Positions 18,787-28,483 are shown, counted from the stretch's first letter. The stretch: DNA of 53,901 nucleotides from a virus (IMGVR_UViG_3300042261_000981:1-53901); one strand, 5' to 3'. The notes: generated from the sequence alone by a model not told the origin. Numbers and translations are program-made.

Positions 18787-18861
18787 CGGATAGTAGCTTA
18801 GATTGGTCTAAAGCGGTAGTCTCTAAAACTACCATCGTGGGTTCGAATCCCACCTATCTGA
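18787..18861 (+). tRNA. tRNA with CUA anticodon (amber suppressor), no encoded CCA
   Basis: Acceptor cggatag/ctatctg, anticodon stem gtagt/actac, loop ctCTAaa, T arm gtggg/cccac. Confidence 0.92.
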
Positions 18862-18876
18862 CTAAAACATAAAAAC

Positions 18877-19566
18877 ATGCCAAACTGGGTAACAAACGTT
18901 CTAACCATAGATTGTTCAAATGAAATCTTAGAACAAATAAGAGATTTTATCAAAAACGATAAAAGAGTTATAGATTTCGATAAAATCATACCAATGCCAG
19001 AAAGTCTTAGAGTATCTGATAATAGCCTTGGGTCACTTGCTTTACACGCCATTTATTACAAACCATCTAAAGCATCTACTGATGCCGACCCTTACGGTGA
19101 AGAGGATTGGGAAGATCTTGATAAATATAAGGAATCATATATATCAGATGAAGAAGTGCATAAAAGATTTAATAAATTATCAGAAAAAGATAAAGAAGAG
19201 GCTACAAATTTAGCAAAGATATATAAAGATAATTTAGATAACTACGGAAGTAAAACTTGGTACGATTGGGCTTGCAGAAATTGGGGGACTAAATGGAATG
19301 CTAGTGAATCTAGTATTGACAACAATGGAGATATTCGTTTTGAGACAGCATGGGCAACACCACACCCGGTTATAAGAAGATTGAGTGAAATTTTTCCAAC
19401 AGCCACGTTTACAGTTAAATTCGCAGATGAAGATATAGGTAATAATTGTGGTTCATATCAAATAAAAAATGGCGAAGATATTTTCTTCGAAGAAGGCGAC
19501 GAAGATTTCGCGTATGATGTAAAAGGTTGGTCCAGAGAAGATTGGAATAGCGACGATGAAAATTAA
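18877..19566 (+). CDS. YubB/Api92-like ferredoxin-fold (DUF1281-like) protein with inserted DPYGEEDW
   Basis: MPNW, DFDKIIPMP, WYDW..NWGTKWNA, FETAW, ADEDIG. Confidence 0.8.
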   Translation: MPNWVTNVLTIDCSNEILEQIRDFIKNDKRVIDFDKIIPMPESLRVSDNSLGSLALHAIYYKPSKASTDADPYGEEDWEDLDKYKESYISDEEVHKRFNKLSEKDKEEATNLAKIYKDNLDNYGSKTWYDWACRNWGTKWNASESSIDNNGDIRFETAWATPHPVIRRLSEIFPTATFTVKFADEDIGNNCGSYQIKNGEDIFFEEGDEDFAYDVKGWSREDWNSDDEN

Positions 19567-19648
19567 TTTTTGTCTTTAGAAAAAACTAAAGAAAAAAGTT
19601 AATATATACGGTGTATGTTTGACCGTACCAAATTATTCAATACAAAAA

Positions 19649-19689
19649 AGCCAGGCTTGATTTCTAAAAGGGATAAGTCTGGTTTTTTT
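19649..19689 (+). terminator. Terminator-like hairpin in the phoH leader
   Basis: ccaggctt...aagtctgg followed by T7. Confidence 0.5.
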
Positions 19690-19716
19690 ATTGCGAACAA
19701 AAAAACATTGAAGCTT

Positions 19717-20547
19717 ATGGGAAAACGAAGAAATAACATGCTTTCACCACTCAACGCTGATGAGGATATTCTTGATGCAGTTTATAGCTCACGTCGTATT
19801 TCCAATGACACATTGTTTACAAAGAAACAATATGCGGAGGTTCTTCTAAAAAAAGTAAATTTAAAATGTAAGAGCCAACGTCAGAAGGAATTTGTAAACA
19901 TGATAGATGAAAAAGAGATTACTATCTGTGTTGGTGAATCGGGTGTGGGTAAAAGTTATTTGTCAATAGCTAAAGCGTTAGAATTGATCAAAGATTCTTC
20001 TAAGGGTTACGAAAAAATCTTTATTATTACTCCAATTGTCGAGTCTGAGGATAATATTGGATTTCTAAAAGGAAGTTTAACTGAAAAGTTGGATCCTTAT
20101 TTATATTCCATATATTATCTAATAGATAAAATAGTTGGTGAAGAGGTTAGGAAGAAACTAGTTGAGAATGAAGTTATAAGTCCATTGTGTATATCTTATT
20201 TAAGAGGAGTTAATATAGATAATGCGATTTTGATTTCAGATGAAACGCAGAATATGACAATAAAAGGTATAAAAACATTATTAACTCGTATAGGTTTTAA
20301 TTCTAAATTTATATTATCGGGGGATATAAATCAAATTGATAGATTTAAAAACGAAAACGACTCTGGATTAAAATACGCTTTTGAAAATCTCAGAGAAATT
20401 GAAGGTATAGGACTTTTCGAATTTACAAAGGAGGATATTGTAAGAAATAGAATTATTGGGGAAATTCTTGAAAAGTTTAAGCCAAAGACGGTCGAACAAA
20501 CATTAGTGCAAACACCAAAAAGAAAAAAGAAAGGAGATACTATATAA
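19717..20547 (+). CDS. phoH: PhoH family ATPase
   Basis: GESGVGKS, IGFLKG, YLRG, DETQN, LTRIG, GDINQID, DIVRN; start chosen downstream of the leader hairpin. Confidence 0.92.
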   Translation: MGKRRNNMLSPLNADEDILDAVYSSRRISNDTLFTKKQYAEVLLKKVNLKCKSQRQKEFVNMIDEKEITICVGESGVGKSYLSIAKALELIKDSSKGYEKIFIITPIVESEDNIGFLKGSLTEKLDPYLYSIYYLIDKIVGEEVRKKLVENEVISPLCISYLRGVNIDNAILISDETQNMTIKGIKTLLTRIGFNSKFILSGDINQIDRFKNENDSGLKYAFENLREIEGIGLFEFTKEDIVRNRIIGEILEKFKPKTVEQTLVQTPKRKKKGDTI

Positions 20548-20548
20548 A

Positions 20549-20574
20549 AAAAGGGGGAGTTTAACTCCCCTTTT
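20549..20574. terminator. Bidirectional terminator
   Basis: ggggagtt t aactcccc flanked by A and T runs between convergent genes. Confidence 0.8.
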
Positions 20575-20578
20575 CCTT

Positions 20579-21133
20579 TTATTTCTCCCACCAGTTTTCT
20601 TCACCATAAGGATCTATACCTTTCATCTTTGTTTCAGTATCTTTTTTGATCCTTTCATATTCTTCTCTTTCGACTTTTATTTTAGATCTAAGTTGAGATT
20701 TTTCCTCCTCTCCAATATCATTGGCTTCATATTTATTAAAAATATTTATAATCTTATCTTGTTTAACAAAAGTTAATGTTCCTTGATCTGGTCCGCCTTC
20801 TACATTTGCAATTATAAGAGATTTCATCATGTCTGAAATTAAATATAAATCTCCATAACTATATCTATCATTATCGCCATATAAACTACCAGATTTTACA
20901 TACCCCTTAAATCTCTTTATGAAATTTTCAATATAATCATAAGGTAATATAACCTTTGGTCCAGTCTCTCCTTTTTTAGGTCTGGGATATTCTCTTCTAT
21001 TGTCCTCAGCATATCTTTTTCTTAATGCATCTAGATTTGAATAGACAAAATCATCAACATCAAATCCATTTGGTACTAAAATAACGTAGCTAGTTGAGCT
21101 ACTATTACTTACAAATCCACTTCTTATTTTCAT
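20579..21133 (-). CDS. MKIRSGFVSNSSSTS-leader protein with DPYGEENW
   Basis: ORF translation. Confidence 0.85.
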   Translation of the reverse strand: MKIRSGFVSNSSSTSYVILVPNGFDVDDFVYSNLDALRKRYAEDNRREYPRPKKGETGPKVILPYDYIENFIKRFKGYVKSGSLYGDNDRYSYGDLYLISDMMKSLIIANVEGGPDQGTLTFVKQDKIINIFNKYEANDIGEEEKSQLRSKIKVEREEYERIKKDTETKMKGIDPYGEENWWEK

Positions 21134-21663
21134 AATTCGTCAAATTTTTTAATTTTATTAGATTCTTTCATATCTAATCCATCTTCATCGTCCCACTCTT
21201 CCTCACCGTAAGGATCATGAACTTTCATTTTATCTTTTAATATTTCTCTTTTAAGTTTTCTTTCTGATGCTTTATCTTTATACTTGAAAATGTCTTCTTT
21301 ATGTTTATTTTCGATGACATTCATCTTATCCATTTCTCTTTTACTAATAAGTTTTATTATGCCCGATTCCTCTTGACAAGCTTCGTATGCAATAAAGATA
21401 ATATAATCATTAAGAAGTGTTTGTAATGGCAAAAACAATCTATTTTCGTATTCATGGCAAATACCATCCTTTATGAATTTTTTAATATCAGACTCTTTAA
21501 GGGTATTAACATTGTTATAATCATCCATATAAACTTTTTTCTTGCCTTTGTTCTTATCCAAGAATGCTTCTTTGGCTGTATCAAAATCAAAATCATCTGG
21601 TAAATATACCAAAATGAAAGATGATCCGCTACTATTACTTACAAATCCTGTTCTTATTTTCAT
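21130..21663 (-). CDS. MKIRTGFVSNSSGSS-leader protein with DPYGEEEW
   Basis: ORF translation. Confidence 0.85.
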   Translation of the reverse strand: MKIRTGFVSNSSGSSFILVYLPDDFDFDTAKEAFLDKNKGKKKVYMDDYNNVNTLKESDIKKFIKDGICHEYENRLFLPLQTLLNDYIIFIAYEACQEESGIIKLISKREMDKMNVIENKHKEDIFKYKDKASERKLKREILKDKMKVHDPYGEEEWDDEDGLDMKESNKIKKFDEL

Positions 21664-22226
21664 AATTCTTTAAATTTTTTTATTTTGTGTGATTCATCAA
21701 TTGGTCCTCTTTCTAATTCGTCTAATGTATCTGGCACCTTATCTAAATCTTCATCCCAATCTTCTTCACCGTATGGATCATGCTTGATCATTTTATTTTT
21801 AAGATATTCCCTTTTTTTCTTTTTTAATCCAGCTAAGTCCTTGAATTTTCTAGTATTATCAGAGGATAAGGAATCCATATTGGCGAATTTATCAAATAAT
21901 CTCTTATCTACTCTTTCTATCCTGTCATAACCTTCATAATCCAATGTAGTTTCATATACAACATAATCTTCAAAAAAGAAAGATATATCATAAAAATCCA
22001 TTCTACCTCTTCTTCCTTTCTGAACAAAAAGATCAATATCTTCCTTTTTTAATGCTCCAAGAAAATTTTTAATATCATGATAATTACCAAAATCTTCATG
22101 CTCTTTATTTTTATACTTATCCAACATGTATTCTACATGAGAATCATAATCAAAATCTGGCGGAATGTATAACAATACAAAAGAAGATGAACTACTATTA
22201 CTTACAAAACCTGATCTTATTTTCAT
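21660..22226 (-). CDS. MKIRSGFVSNSSSSS-leader protein with DPYGEEDW
   Basis: Start moved to 22226 by analogy with its neighbours. Confidence 0.85.
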   Translation of the reverse strand: MKIRSGFVSNSSSSSFVLLYIPPDFDYDSHVEYMLDKYKNKEHEDFGNYHDIKNFLGALKKEDIDLFVQKGRRGRMDFYDISFFFEDYVVYETTLDYEGYDRIERVDKRLFDKFANMDSLSSDNTRKFKDLAGLKKKKREYLKNKMIKHDPYGEEDWDEDLDKVPDTLDELERGPIDESHKIKKFKEL

Positions 22227-22242
22227 CAAATAATATTTTTTT

Positions 22243-22620
22243 TTAATATCGATGACTGATATATTCATCGTCGACTTCAACTACATTAGAAAGAAACCAC
22301 CCCATATCAAAATTATCCATAATAGTATATACTTCTATAGTATTTTCTTTTTCTTCAACATCCCAACTATCATATGGCTCAATACCATACATGAGATTTC
22401 TTATCTTTGTACCAAATAAATCAGTATCATTCTCATCCCAATTTTCTTCACCATAAGGATCATCATCAGAATAAACTCTCTCAGATTCACTATACATAAG
22501 TTTATTACAAACATCCAAATGATTCTTAATCATTTCTATTTGCTCTTCGTTTAGTCCTTCCTTTTTAATTATATAACTAGAAGAACTACTATTACTTATA
22601 AAATATAATCTTAATTTCAT
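22243..22620 (-). CDS. MKLRLYFISNSSSSS-leader protein with internal DPYGEENW
   Basis: ORF translation. Confidence 0.85.
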   Translation of the reverse strand: MKLRLYFISNSSSSSYIIKKEGLNEEQIEMIKNHLDVCNKLMYSESERVYSDDDPYGEENWDENDTDLFGTKIRNLMYGIEPYDSWDVEEKENTIEVYTIMDNFDMGWFLSNVVEVDDEYISHRY

Positions 22621-22626
22621 ATTTTT

Positions 22627-23199
22627 TTAATATTCTTCTTCATATGGGTATTCATATTCCCATTCTTCTTCCCCGTAAGGATCATTTTTACTTATTGTCA
22701 TTTTTGGTTTATCATCCCAAAAAAATTTTCTTCTACCTAATGGGTGTTTTCTTGGTTTTCCCATCCATTCTAAATCTCCTTTTAAATATCTAAGTTCTAG
22801 TCTATATATCATTTCATCTACACTATCAAATTTTAATTTATCAGGGGCATAATAAAATTCTAATCTAAAGTCTTCCGGACCCAATTTATCATTAACTTCC
22901 AACCAAGTCATAGTAAGATCTTTTATATCTATTTTTACTTTCTCTCTATAAATCAAACTTTTATTTCTTTCTTCTTCATCTTCAACGTATTGTTTGCTTA
23001 TAGGATCCCAATTGAATTTACTAGCAGCCCAAGATCTTTTGATATGAGTAAATGTAATACTATCATTTTCTTTGGTATCATCTATTATTATACGACTAAA
23101 TGACGCCATTTTTAATTTTTTAGATATTTCTTCTAATTTTATAAGAACGGTATAATAATCATCTTCAATATTTTCAAATATTTTAAAGTTAATAATCAT
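22627..23199 (-). CDS. Hypothetical protein, C-terminal DPYGEEEW
   Basis: ORF, TAATATATA upstream. Confidence 0.75.
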   Translation of the reverse strand: MIINFKIFENIEDDYYTVLIKLEEISKKLKMASFSRIIIDDTKENDSITFTHIKRSWAASKFNWDPISKQYVEDEEERNKSLIYREKVKIDIKDLTMTWLEVNDKLGPEDFRLEFYYAPDKLKFDSVDEMIYRLELRYLKGDLEWMGKPRKHPLGRRKFFWDDKPKMTISKNDPYGEEEWEYEYPYEEEY

Positions 23200-23231
23200 T
23201 ATATTATTTAATTTTCTACTATATATTATTT

Positions 23232-24290
23232 TTAGATTTTATAAATTGGACAATCTCTCCCACAATGCAATAACCTACCCTTAAACTCTTTGGTTTTTTC
23301 ATTATTCCATACATCATTCAAAAAATCGTCACAATCTATTACTGATATGCCTTTCTCCCAATTTGTAGTATTGGTAGCGAAAGAACACGGGAAATAATCT
23401 CCTTTAACGTTAATATAACTGGAATAGATAGTTGCTTCACATGGCTCGACCATGGCTTCCATCATTTTATAGTTCTTTCTTCCTTCTATTGATTTCAGGA
23501 ATTTGAAACTACCACAACTATCAAAACCAATTGGAATATTATTATCTATAGCCCTATCAACAAGCGCCTTAAATTTATCTTGACTTAATTGTAAAAATCC
23601 TGTTTTTGCACACCCTTTTGTTTTAAGTGATAAGAAAACTATTGCGTTTAATTTTTGCAATCTATTATCTGTCTTTATATCATCAAGAGTTTGCATAGCA
23701 TCATCAAATGTTTCTTCACTCAACATGAAGTGAATATTAGTTTGCTTCAATCCCCTATCAGTTAACTCTTTTACTGCATTGTATGTAGTATCTTTATCAT
23801 ATTTAGATACAGCGCAAGCCCCAACGGTCGATGCTAACCTATCAAAAAGTTCATCGTTCATCCTACTACCATTGATAGTAATATTTGGAATAACTCCTTT
23901 ACTATGACAATATTTCATGATATTCCATAGATCGGGATTTCCATCTATATTACCAATACCTAAAGCTACTTGAGTTACTGTAGGTGGGAGTTTTTCGAGA
24001 ACTGTTTGGAATGTTTCTAGACTCATGTTTTCTCCTCTTGGAGTGTTCTCTTTATAACAGAATTTACAGATACCGTGTACTCCGTTACAAACGGTTGATA
24101 TTTCAATGTCTGCTATTTCTGGGAGTCCTACGCTCAGGTCTCCATCGTCTTCTTTTGTTTCTCCCCATCTAACGAAGAAACCATTTGATTTATTGAAAAT
24201 GAAATTGTAATTCTTACTTTGCAGAACCTTTGTGTTGGCGTCCTCAACCAGTCTGGCTGTTTCACCATTGGATAATTTTATCTCTATCAT
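23232..24290 (-). CDS. Radical SAM protein with SPASM/twitch-like C-terminus
   Basis: CNGVHGICKFC (CX6CX2C), NITING, PCEA...INVKGDYFPCSF, CGRDCP. Confidence 0.88.
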   Translation of the reverse strand: MIEIKLSNGETARLVEDANTKVLQSKNYNFIFNKSNGFFVRWGETKEDDGDLSVGLPEIADIEISTVCNGVHGICKFCYKENTPRGENMSLETFQTVLEKLPPTVTQVALGIGNIDGNPDLWNIMKYCHSKGVIPNITINGSRMNDELFDRLASTVGACAVSKYDKDTTYNAVKELTDRGLKQTNIHFMLSEETFDDAMQTLDDIKTDNRLQKLNAIVFLSLKTKGCAKTGFLQLSQDKFKALVDRAIDNNIPIGFDSCGSFKFLKSIEGRKNYKMMEAMVEPCEATIYSSYINVKGDYFPCSFATNTTNWEKGISVIDCDDFLNDVWNNEKTKEFKGRLLHCGRDCPIYKI

Positions 24291-24388
24291 ATTATGAAAT
24301 TTTGTACAAAGATATTAAAAAATTTTAAATAACTAAAATTTATATTTTGAATAATTTATATTGTTTATATTTTTTAATATATAGTCAT

Positions 24389-25135
24389 ATGATTACTGAA
24401 TTTTCTCAATACACAGATAATAATAATCTAATTGGTAAAGTAGCTGTTTTAAAAGACAGAACAGACGCTGTATATTGGGAAGGTATCAAAGGTATCAATG
24501 GATGTCAACCAATATTTGTTGATACTGGTTATCAAAAGGGACTTTCTATTCAAATAACAGACCATCACATTCACAACGTGAAAACTTTATTTAAAGGATT
24601 ATTAGCATATCCTAAGGCAAGAGATTGGCCTGATAGAGATATATTGTGGAATTTAGATAAATTTGATATAATGAAAAGAGAAGATTTTGATAAATATATG
24701 CAAGACAAAAAGAAAAGAATAGAAGAATTGAAATTATTACATATTCAACATGATCCTTATGGTGAAGAAATATGGGAAAATTATAATAAATTATATGAAT
24801 GGAGATTCTTGAAAAAGAAAAAAGAATTAGGCATTGATCCTTATGGCGAGGAGGATTGGGGTGAAGAAATAGATAAAGATCTCAAATTTTATAATGTTAA
24901 GTATATAGTTCCTAGAAATTGGTTCAATAACCCTTTAGAAATTTTAAAAACAAATCTTCATTTCACTCCAAAAGAAATAATAGAAAATTATGAAATATCT
25001 TCATATGATTATGTTAAAGATAATTTTATAGGGAATGTAAAAGTGCAATCATATTTATCCAGATTGGAGTTACAAGAATATTTTAATAAGCACTCTACTA
25101 TAATTGAAAAATTCATAGTTCGTGTTTTTTTTTAA
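24389..25135 (+). CDS. Hypothetical protein with two DPYGEExW motifs
   Basis: Start moved to MITEFSQY after TAATATATA at 24375. Confidence 0.75.
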   Translation: MITEFSQYTDNNNLIGKVAVLKDRTDAVYWEGIKGINGCQPIFVDTGYQKGLSIQITDHHIHNVKTLFKGLLAYPKARDWPDRDILWNLDKFDIMKREDFDKYMQDKKKRIEELKLLHIQHDPYGEEIWENYNKLYEWRFLKKKKELGIDPYGEEDWGEEIDKDLKFYNVKYIVPRNWFNNPLEILKTNLHFTPKEIIENYEISSYDYVKDNFIGNVKVQSYLSRLELQEYFNKHSTIIEKFIVRVFF

Positions 25136-25179
25136 TGATATAATTTAATATATAGCAAAGAAGAAATAAAATACAAAAA

Positions 25180-27624
25180 ATGATAAAAAATTATAAATCT
25201 TTTCTTAAGGATTCCATACTCGAAGCAAAAGTAAATAAGGTTAAAAGAGAGAATCTTAATGTTGGTGATTACGTAATGACTTGTGGAGAGTTTGATGGAG
25301 TTAATTTAGAATATCAAATGGGTAGAATTTTGAAAGTGGGACCTTACGGAAACATACTTGTGGAATTCGAAGAATCTTTTAGTAAAAACTTCCATGCTGG
25401 ATTTAAGGACATTGGTAAAAAAGGTCATTGTTTTTATGTTCCTTTAGATAATATTGCTTCTAATAATAGAGAAGAATTTGAGAAAATTATTAAGAAAGTT
25501 GGAGAAGAACAAAAAAATAAAGGAAAAAGACTAAACGCTACATACAAAGATGGTGACGTTGTCGTTGGTATTGGAGTTCTTAAAAGAGGAGGCGGTTATG
25601 GAGGCGGCAGAGAAATTAAAATAAATATAGACGGCGAAGTTGGTATAATATATTATAGTTTTGGTAGAGGATGTGTAAATCCTGAAGATAGGAATGAAAA
25701 GAATAATGAAATATTCTGGGTAGGATTTCTTGATAGATTTGATGAACAATATATGAATCAAGATCAAGATGGACTTCCTAAAAATAGAGCAGGATTACAA
25801 GTTGATAAAATTCACATGAGACTTGCTACTGAAGAAGAAAAAGAACAAGTAAAAGATAAATTAAATCCATACTTAAAAGAAATAGAAAGTCTTAAAATAG
25901 AATTTAAGCCAGGTGATGTAGTTATCGCAGATGGTAATTACCAAGGTCTAGAGATGAAGAATGAGATGGGAATTGTTAGAACCGTTAGAAATCCTTACGG
26001 TGCTGGAAGAGGTAGAAATCAATATGGTGTACAATTCCTAAATAAATTCAATGATTATTTATATGATGTTGATTATTTATTAGGAGATAAAACAGGATAT
26101 ATTTTAACAAAAGCATATTTAAGACTAGCAACGGATGAAGAAAAAGAAAAAGTCGGTGTAGAATTAAAAAGACTGAAAGCTCAAATAGATGAATTTAATC
26201 ACCCATATAAAAAGGGAGATTATGTTATAACTAGCGGTGAGATGCAAGGAGTTGTTCTTGATGGCCAAGTTGGTATTGTCAGAGATATAAGAGGTGAATC
26301 TCCAAGAGATCAATTTACTGTAGAATTCATTGTGAATTTTAGTCAAGGATTGACTAAAATTGGAAAATATAGTAATTGCTTAACAGTTGGGCGTGCAAAT
26401 TTATCTAGACCAAGAGAAGACGATAATATTCCAGATCTCATTAAGAAACTGGAAGACAATGAAATAATGCCTTTCAAATGTAGTAATCCATTGGCTATGC
26501 TTTTATCTAGAATTAATTTCAAATTAAAATCTCCATTTATGGCTCAATCTTATTTTGATGTCACAGATAAAAATGATGCTATCTCATATCTTCCGCTTGA
26601 TAAATTTAAGCGTTTAGAAAAAAGAGAAGATCCATATAAATCTAGACTACGTCAGGCTACTAAACTAGGTAAATTCTTTAGAATGTTAAATAAAGATCTT
26701 ACAGATAAAGAAGTAGAAGCACTCGGAAATGCTTTCAAAGGAGCTTTCGATATTTGTATAAGTGGATTATCTGATAAACTTAGATTAGTATCTGGAGAAG
26801 ACATGCGTTTCTGGTATAATGGTAAAAATTATGTACACGGTGGTGGTAGTTTGAACTCTTCTTGTATGCAAGGAGATAATAAAGGTAGAGAAATGCAAAT
26901 GTTTGTTGATAATCCAGGAGTTATACAAATGCTTATATTACTTGATAGTAATTTGAAATTATTAGCAAGAGCTAATGTTTGGAGACTTGTAGAGCCATAC
27001 GGTGCGACATATATGGAATATATTTATTGCAGACATGAAAAAGATAGAGAATTGTTTTTAATGTACGCAAAACAACGTGGATGGATATGTGGTGATGGTG
27101 TTGGTGGAAGATATAGTGGAAATAGACCTTCAAATATGGTTTGTCTATTAACACGTAGAGATAAAAAATATCAAATGGGTAGAGATGCTTTGGATCATTT
27201 CGATACTTTCCGTTTACATGATGGAGATGGTTATCAATATTGTAGTAATAACAGTTGGAAAATGCCAAAAGATTTTGTTATGCCAACTTGGGATGATATT
27301 CCAAAGGGTAAAACGCCAGAACCAAAACCATCATCAGATCCTACAGAACCAGTAAAACCTATAGCTGGTAAAGCTGGTCCAAACGCAGTGGTTTTCAAAG
27401 AAGGAGATAAGGTTGTATATAAACATCCAGGCAAAGAGAACGATGGAAAAACTGGAGTGTTTGTTGGGTACAGAGATGATGGCAAATATAGAATTAAGTT
27501 CGATGGTGTAGATAAGAAATTCGCAGCCAATCCTAAAAACATATTTCCAAATCTTGATGTAAAGCCAGAAGGAGTAAAGCCTGAAGAAATAAAACCTGAA
27601 GAAAAACCAGAAGAAAATGTATAA
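25180..27624 (+). CDS. Large multidomain protein: repeated SH3/KOW-like modules plus a conserved phage SSCM domain
   Basis: Five GD(Y/V/K)V...G.G...(V/I).F repeats; VSGED...LNSSCM...ARANVW domain; Pro/Glu/Lys tail. Confidence 0.85.
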   Translation: MIKNYKSFLKDSILEAKVNKVKRENLNVGDYVMTCGEFDGVNLEYQMGRILKVGPYGNILVEFEESFSKNFHAGFKDIGKKGHCFYVPLDNIASNNREEFEKIIKKVGEEQKNKGKRLNATYKDGDVVVGIGVLKRGGGYGGGREIKINIDGEVGIIYYSFGRGCVNPEDRNEKNNEIFWVGFLDRFDEQYMNQDQDGLPKNRAGLQVDKIHMRLATEEEKEQVKDKLNPYLKEIESLKIEFKPGDVVIADGNYQGLEMKNEMGIVRTVRNPYGAGRGRNQYGVQFLNKFNDYLYDVDYLLGDKTGYILTKAYLRLATDEEKEKVGVELKRLKAQIDEFNHPYKKGDYVITSGEMQGVVLDGQVGIVRDIRGESPRDQFTVEFIVNFSQGLTKIGKYSNCLTVGRANLSRPREDDNIPDLIKKLEDNEIMPFKCSNPLAMLLSRINFKLKSPFMAQSYFDVTDKNDAISYLPLDKFKRLEKREDPYKSRLRQATKLGKFFRMLNKDLTDKEVEALGNAFKGAFDICISGLSDKLRLVSGEDMRFWYNGKNYVHGGGSLNSSCMQGDNKGREMQMFVDNPGVIQMLILLDSNLKLLARANVWRLVEPYGATYMEYIYCRHEKDRELFLMYAKQRGWICGDGVGGRYSGNRPSNMVCLLTRRDKKYQMGRDALDHFDTFRLHDGDGYQYCSNNSWKMPKDFVMPTWDDIPKGKTPEPKPSSDPTEPVKPIAGKAGPNAVVFKEGDKVVYKHPGKENDGKTGVFVGYRDDGKYRIKFDGVDKKFAANPKNIFPNLDVKPEGVKPEEIKPEEKPEENV

Positions 27625-28483
27625 GAAGTTCGAAGATAGTAGAGAATTTGGAAAATTATTTGCTAATCAAAAGTTTAAAAGATCATATTCTGATTTTATA
27701 AATTGGACTATGGAGAAGTTATATAAACCTAATGGAAACTGGGGAAGACTTTTACAAGATGGAAATTATGGTGTTATAAATACTAATTTCTCTTTAGAAA
27801 AAGCACCAATGAGCCCACAAATTAGAGAATTTTATAAAAAAGTTCATGATAACATAGATCCAAAATGGTCGTTATTAAATTATGTTAATACACATTGGAC
27901 TAGTTTTATGCACATTATAAACACAATAAATTATTGGATTGATACTAAACAAATAAAAAACGAAAGACCATTCAATTTCCAATATGACCACTTTGAAGAA
28001 TTAGAAAGATTAAAATCTGTGTTAATTAGAGTTGATAAATATATTTTTATGCCAAATGATAACCTTACTTGTTTTCACAAAATAATGGGAGCAATAGCAA
28101 CAACAACCTATATAGGAAACTTGGCAGAAAACACAACACTAGAATCTCTATCCAGTCTTGGTCATGTAACAGATGTTGTGAAAAGTAAACCAGGACAAAG
28201 AGTTGATACTCACGGTGGTGTGGATTTAAGATTTAAATTAGATGGTGTTCCAAAAACATTACAATGTAAAGCTTGTCCAACTATGATTAGACAAGGGAAT
28301 AATTATATTTTCAGTGATGTGAGTAATCCTGAAAATTACAACGTAGATTTCTTTTCTTTTGTGGTAAAAGGAGTTTTATATGTTTTTAACACATACAGAG
28401 ATGGAAAAAGATATATATTTGATCACAATGAAATAACTTATACATTTGATCAAAGTCTTTTAAGATATAAACTGGAATTATGA
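27617..28483 (+). CDS. Hypothetical protein, possible PD-(D/E)xK nuclease fold
   Basis: G..AE...VD..GGVD...TLQCK pattern. Confidence 0.5.
   Translation: MYKKFEDSREFGKLFANQKFKRSYSDFINWTMEKLYKPNGNWGRLLQDGNYGVINTNFSLEKAPMSPQIREFYKKVHDNIDPKWSLLNYVNTHWTSFMHIINTINYWIDTKQIKNERPFNFQYDHFEELERLKSVLIRVDKYIFMPNDNLTCFHKIMGAIATTTYIGNLAENTTLESLSSLGHVTDVVKSKPGQRVDTHGGVDLRFKLDGVPKTLQCKACPTMIRQGNNYIFSDVSNPENYNVDFFSFVVKGVLYVFNTYRDGKRYIFDHNEITYTFDQSLLRYKLEL

Noticed and set aside
20579-22620. Diversity-generating retroelement behind the variable paralogs
   Set aside because: No reverse transcriptase and no template/variable repeat pair differing at adenines.
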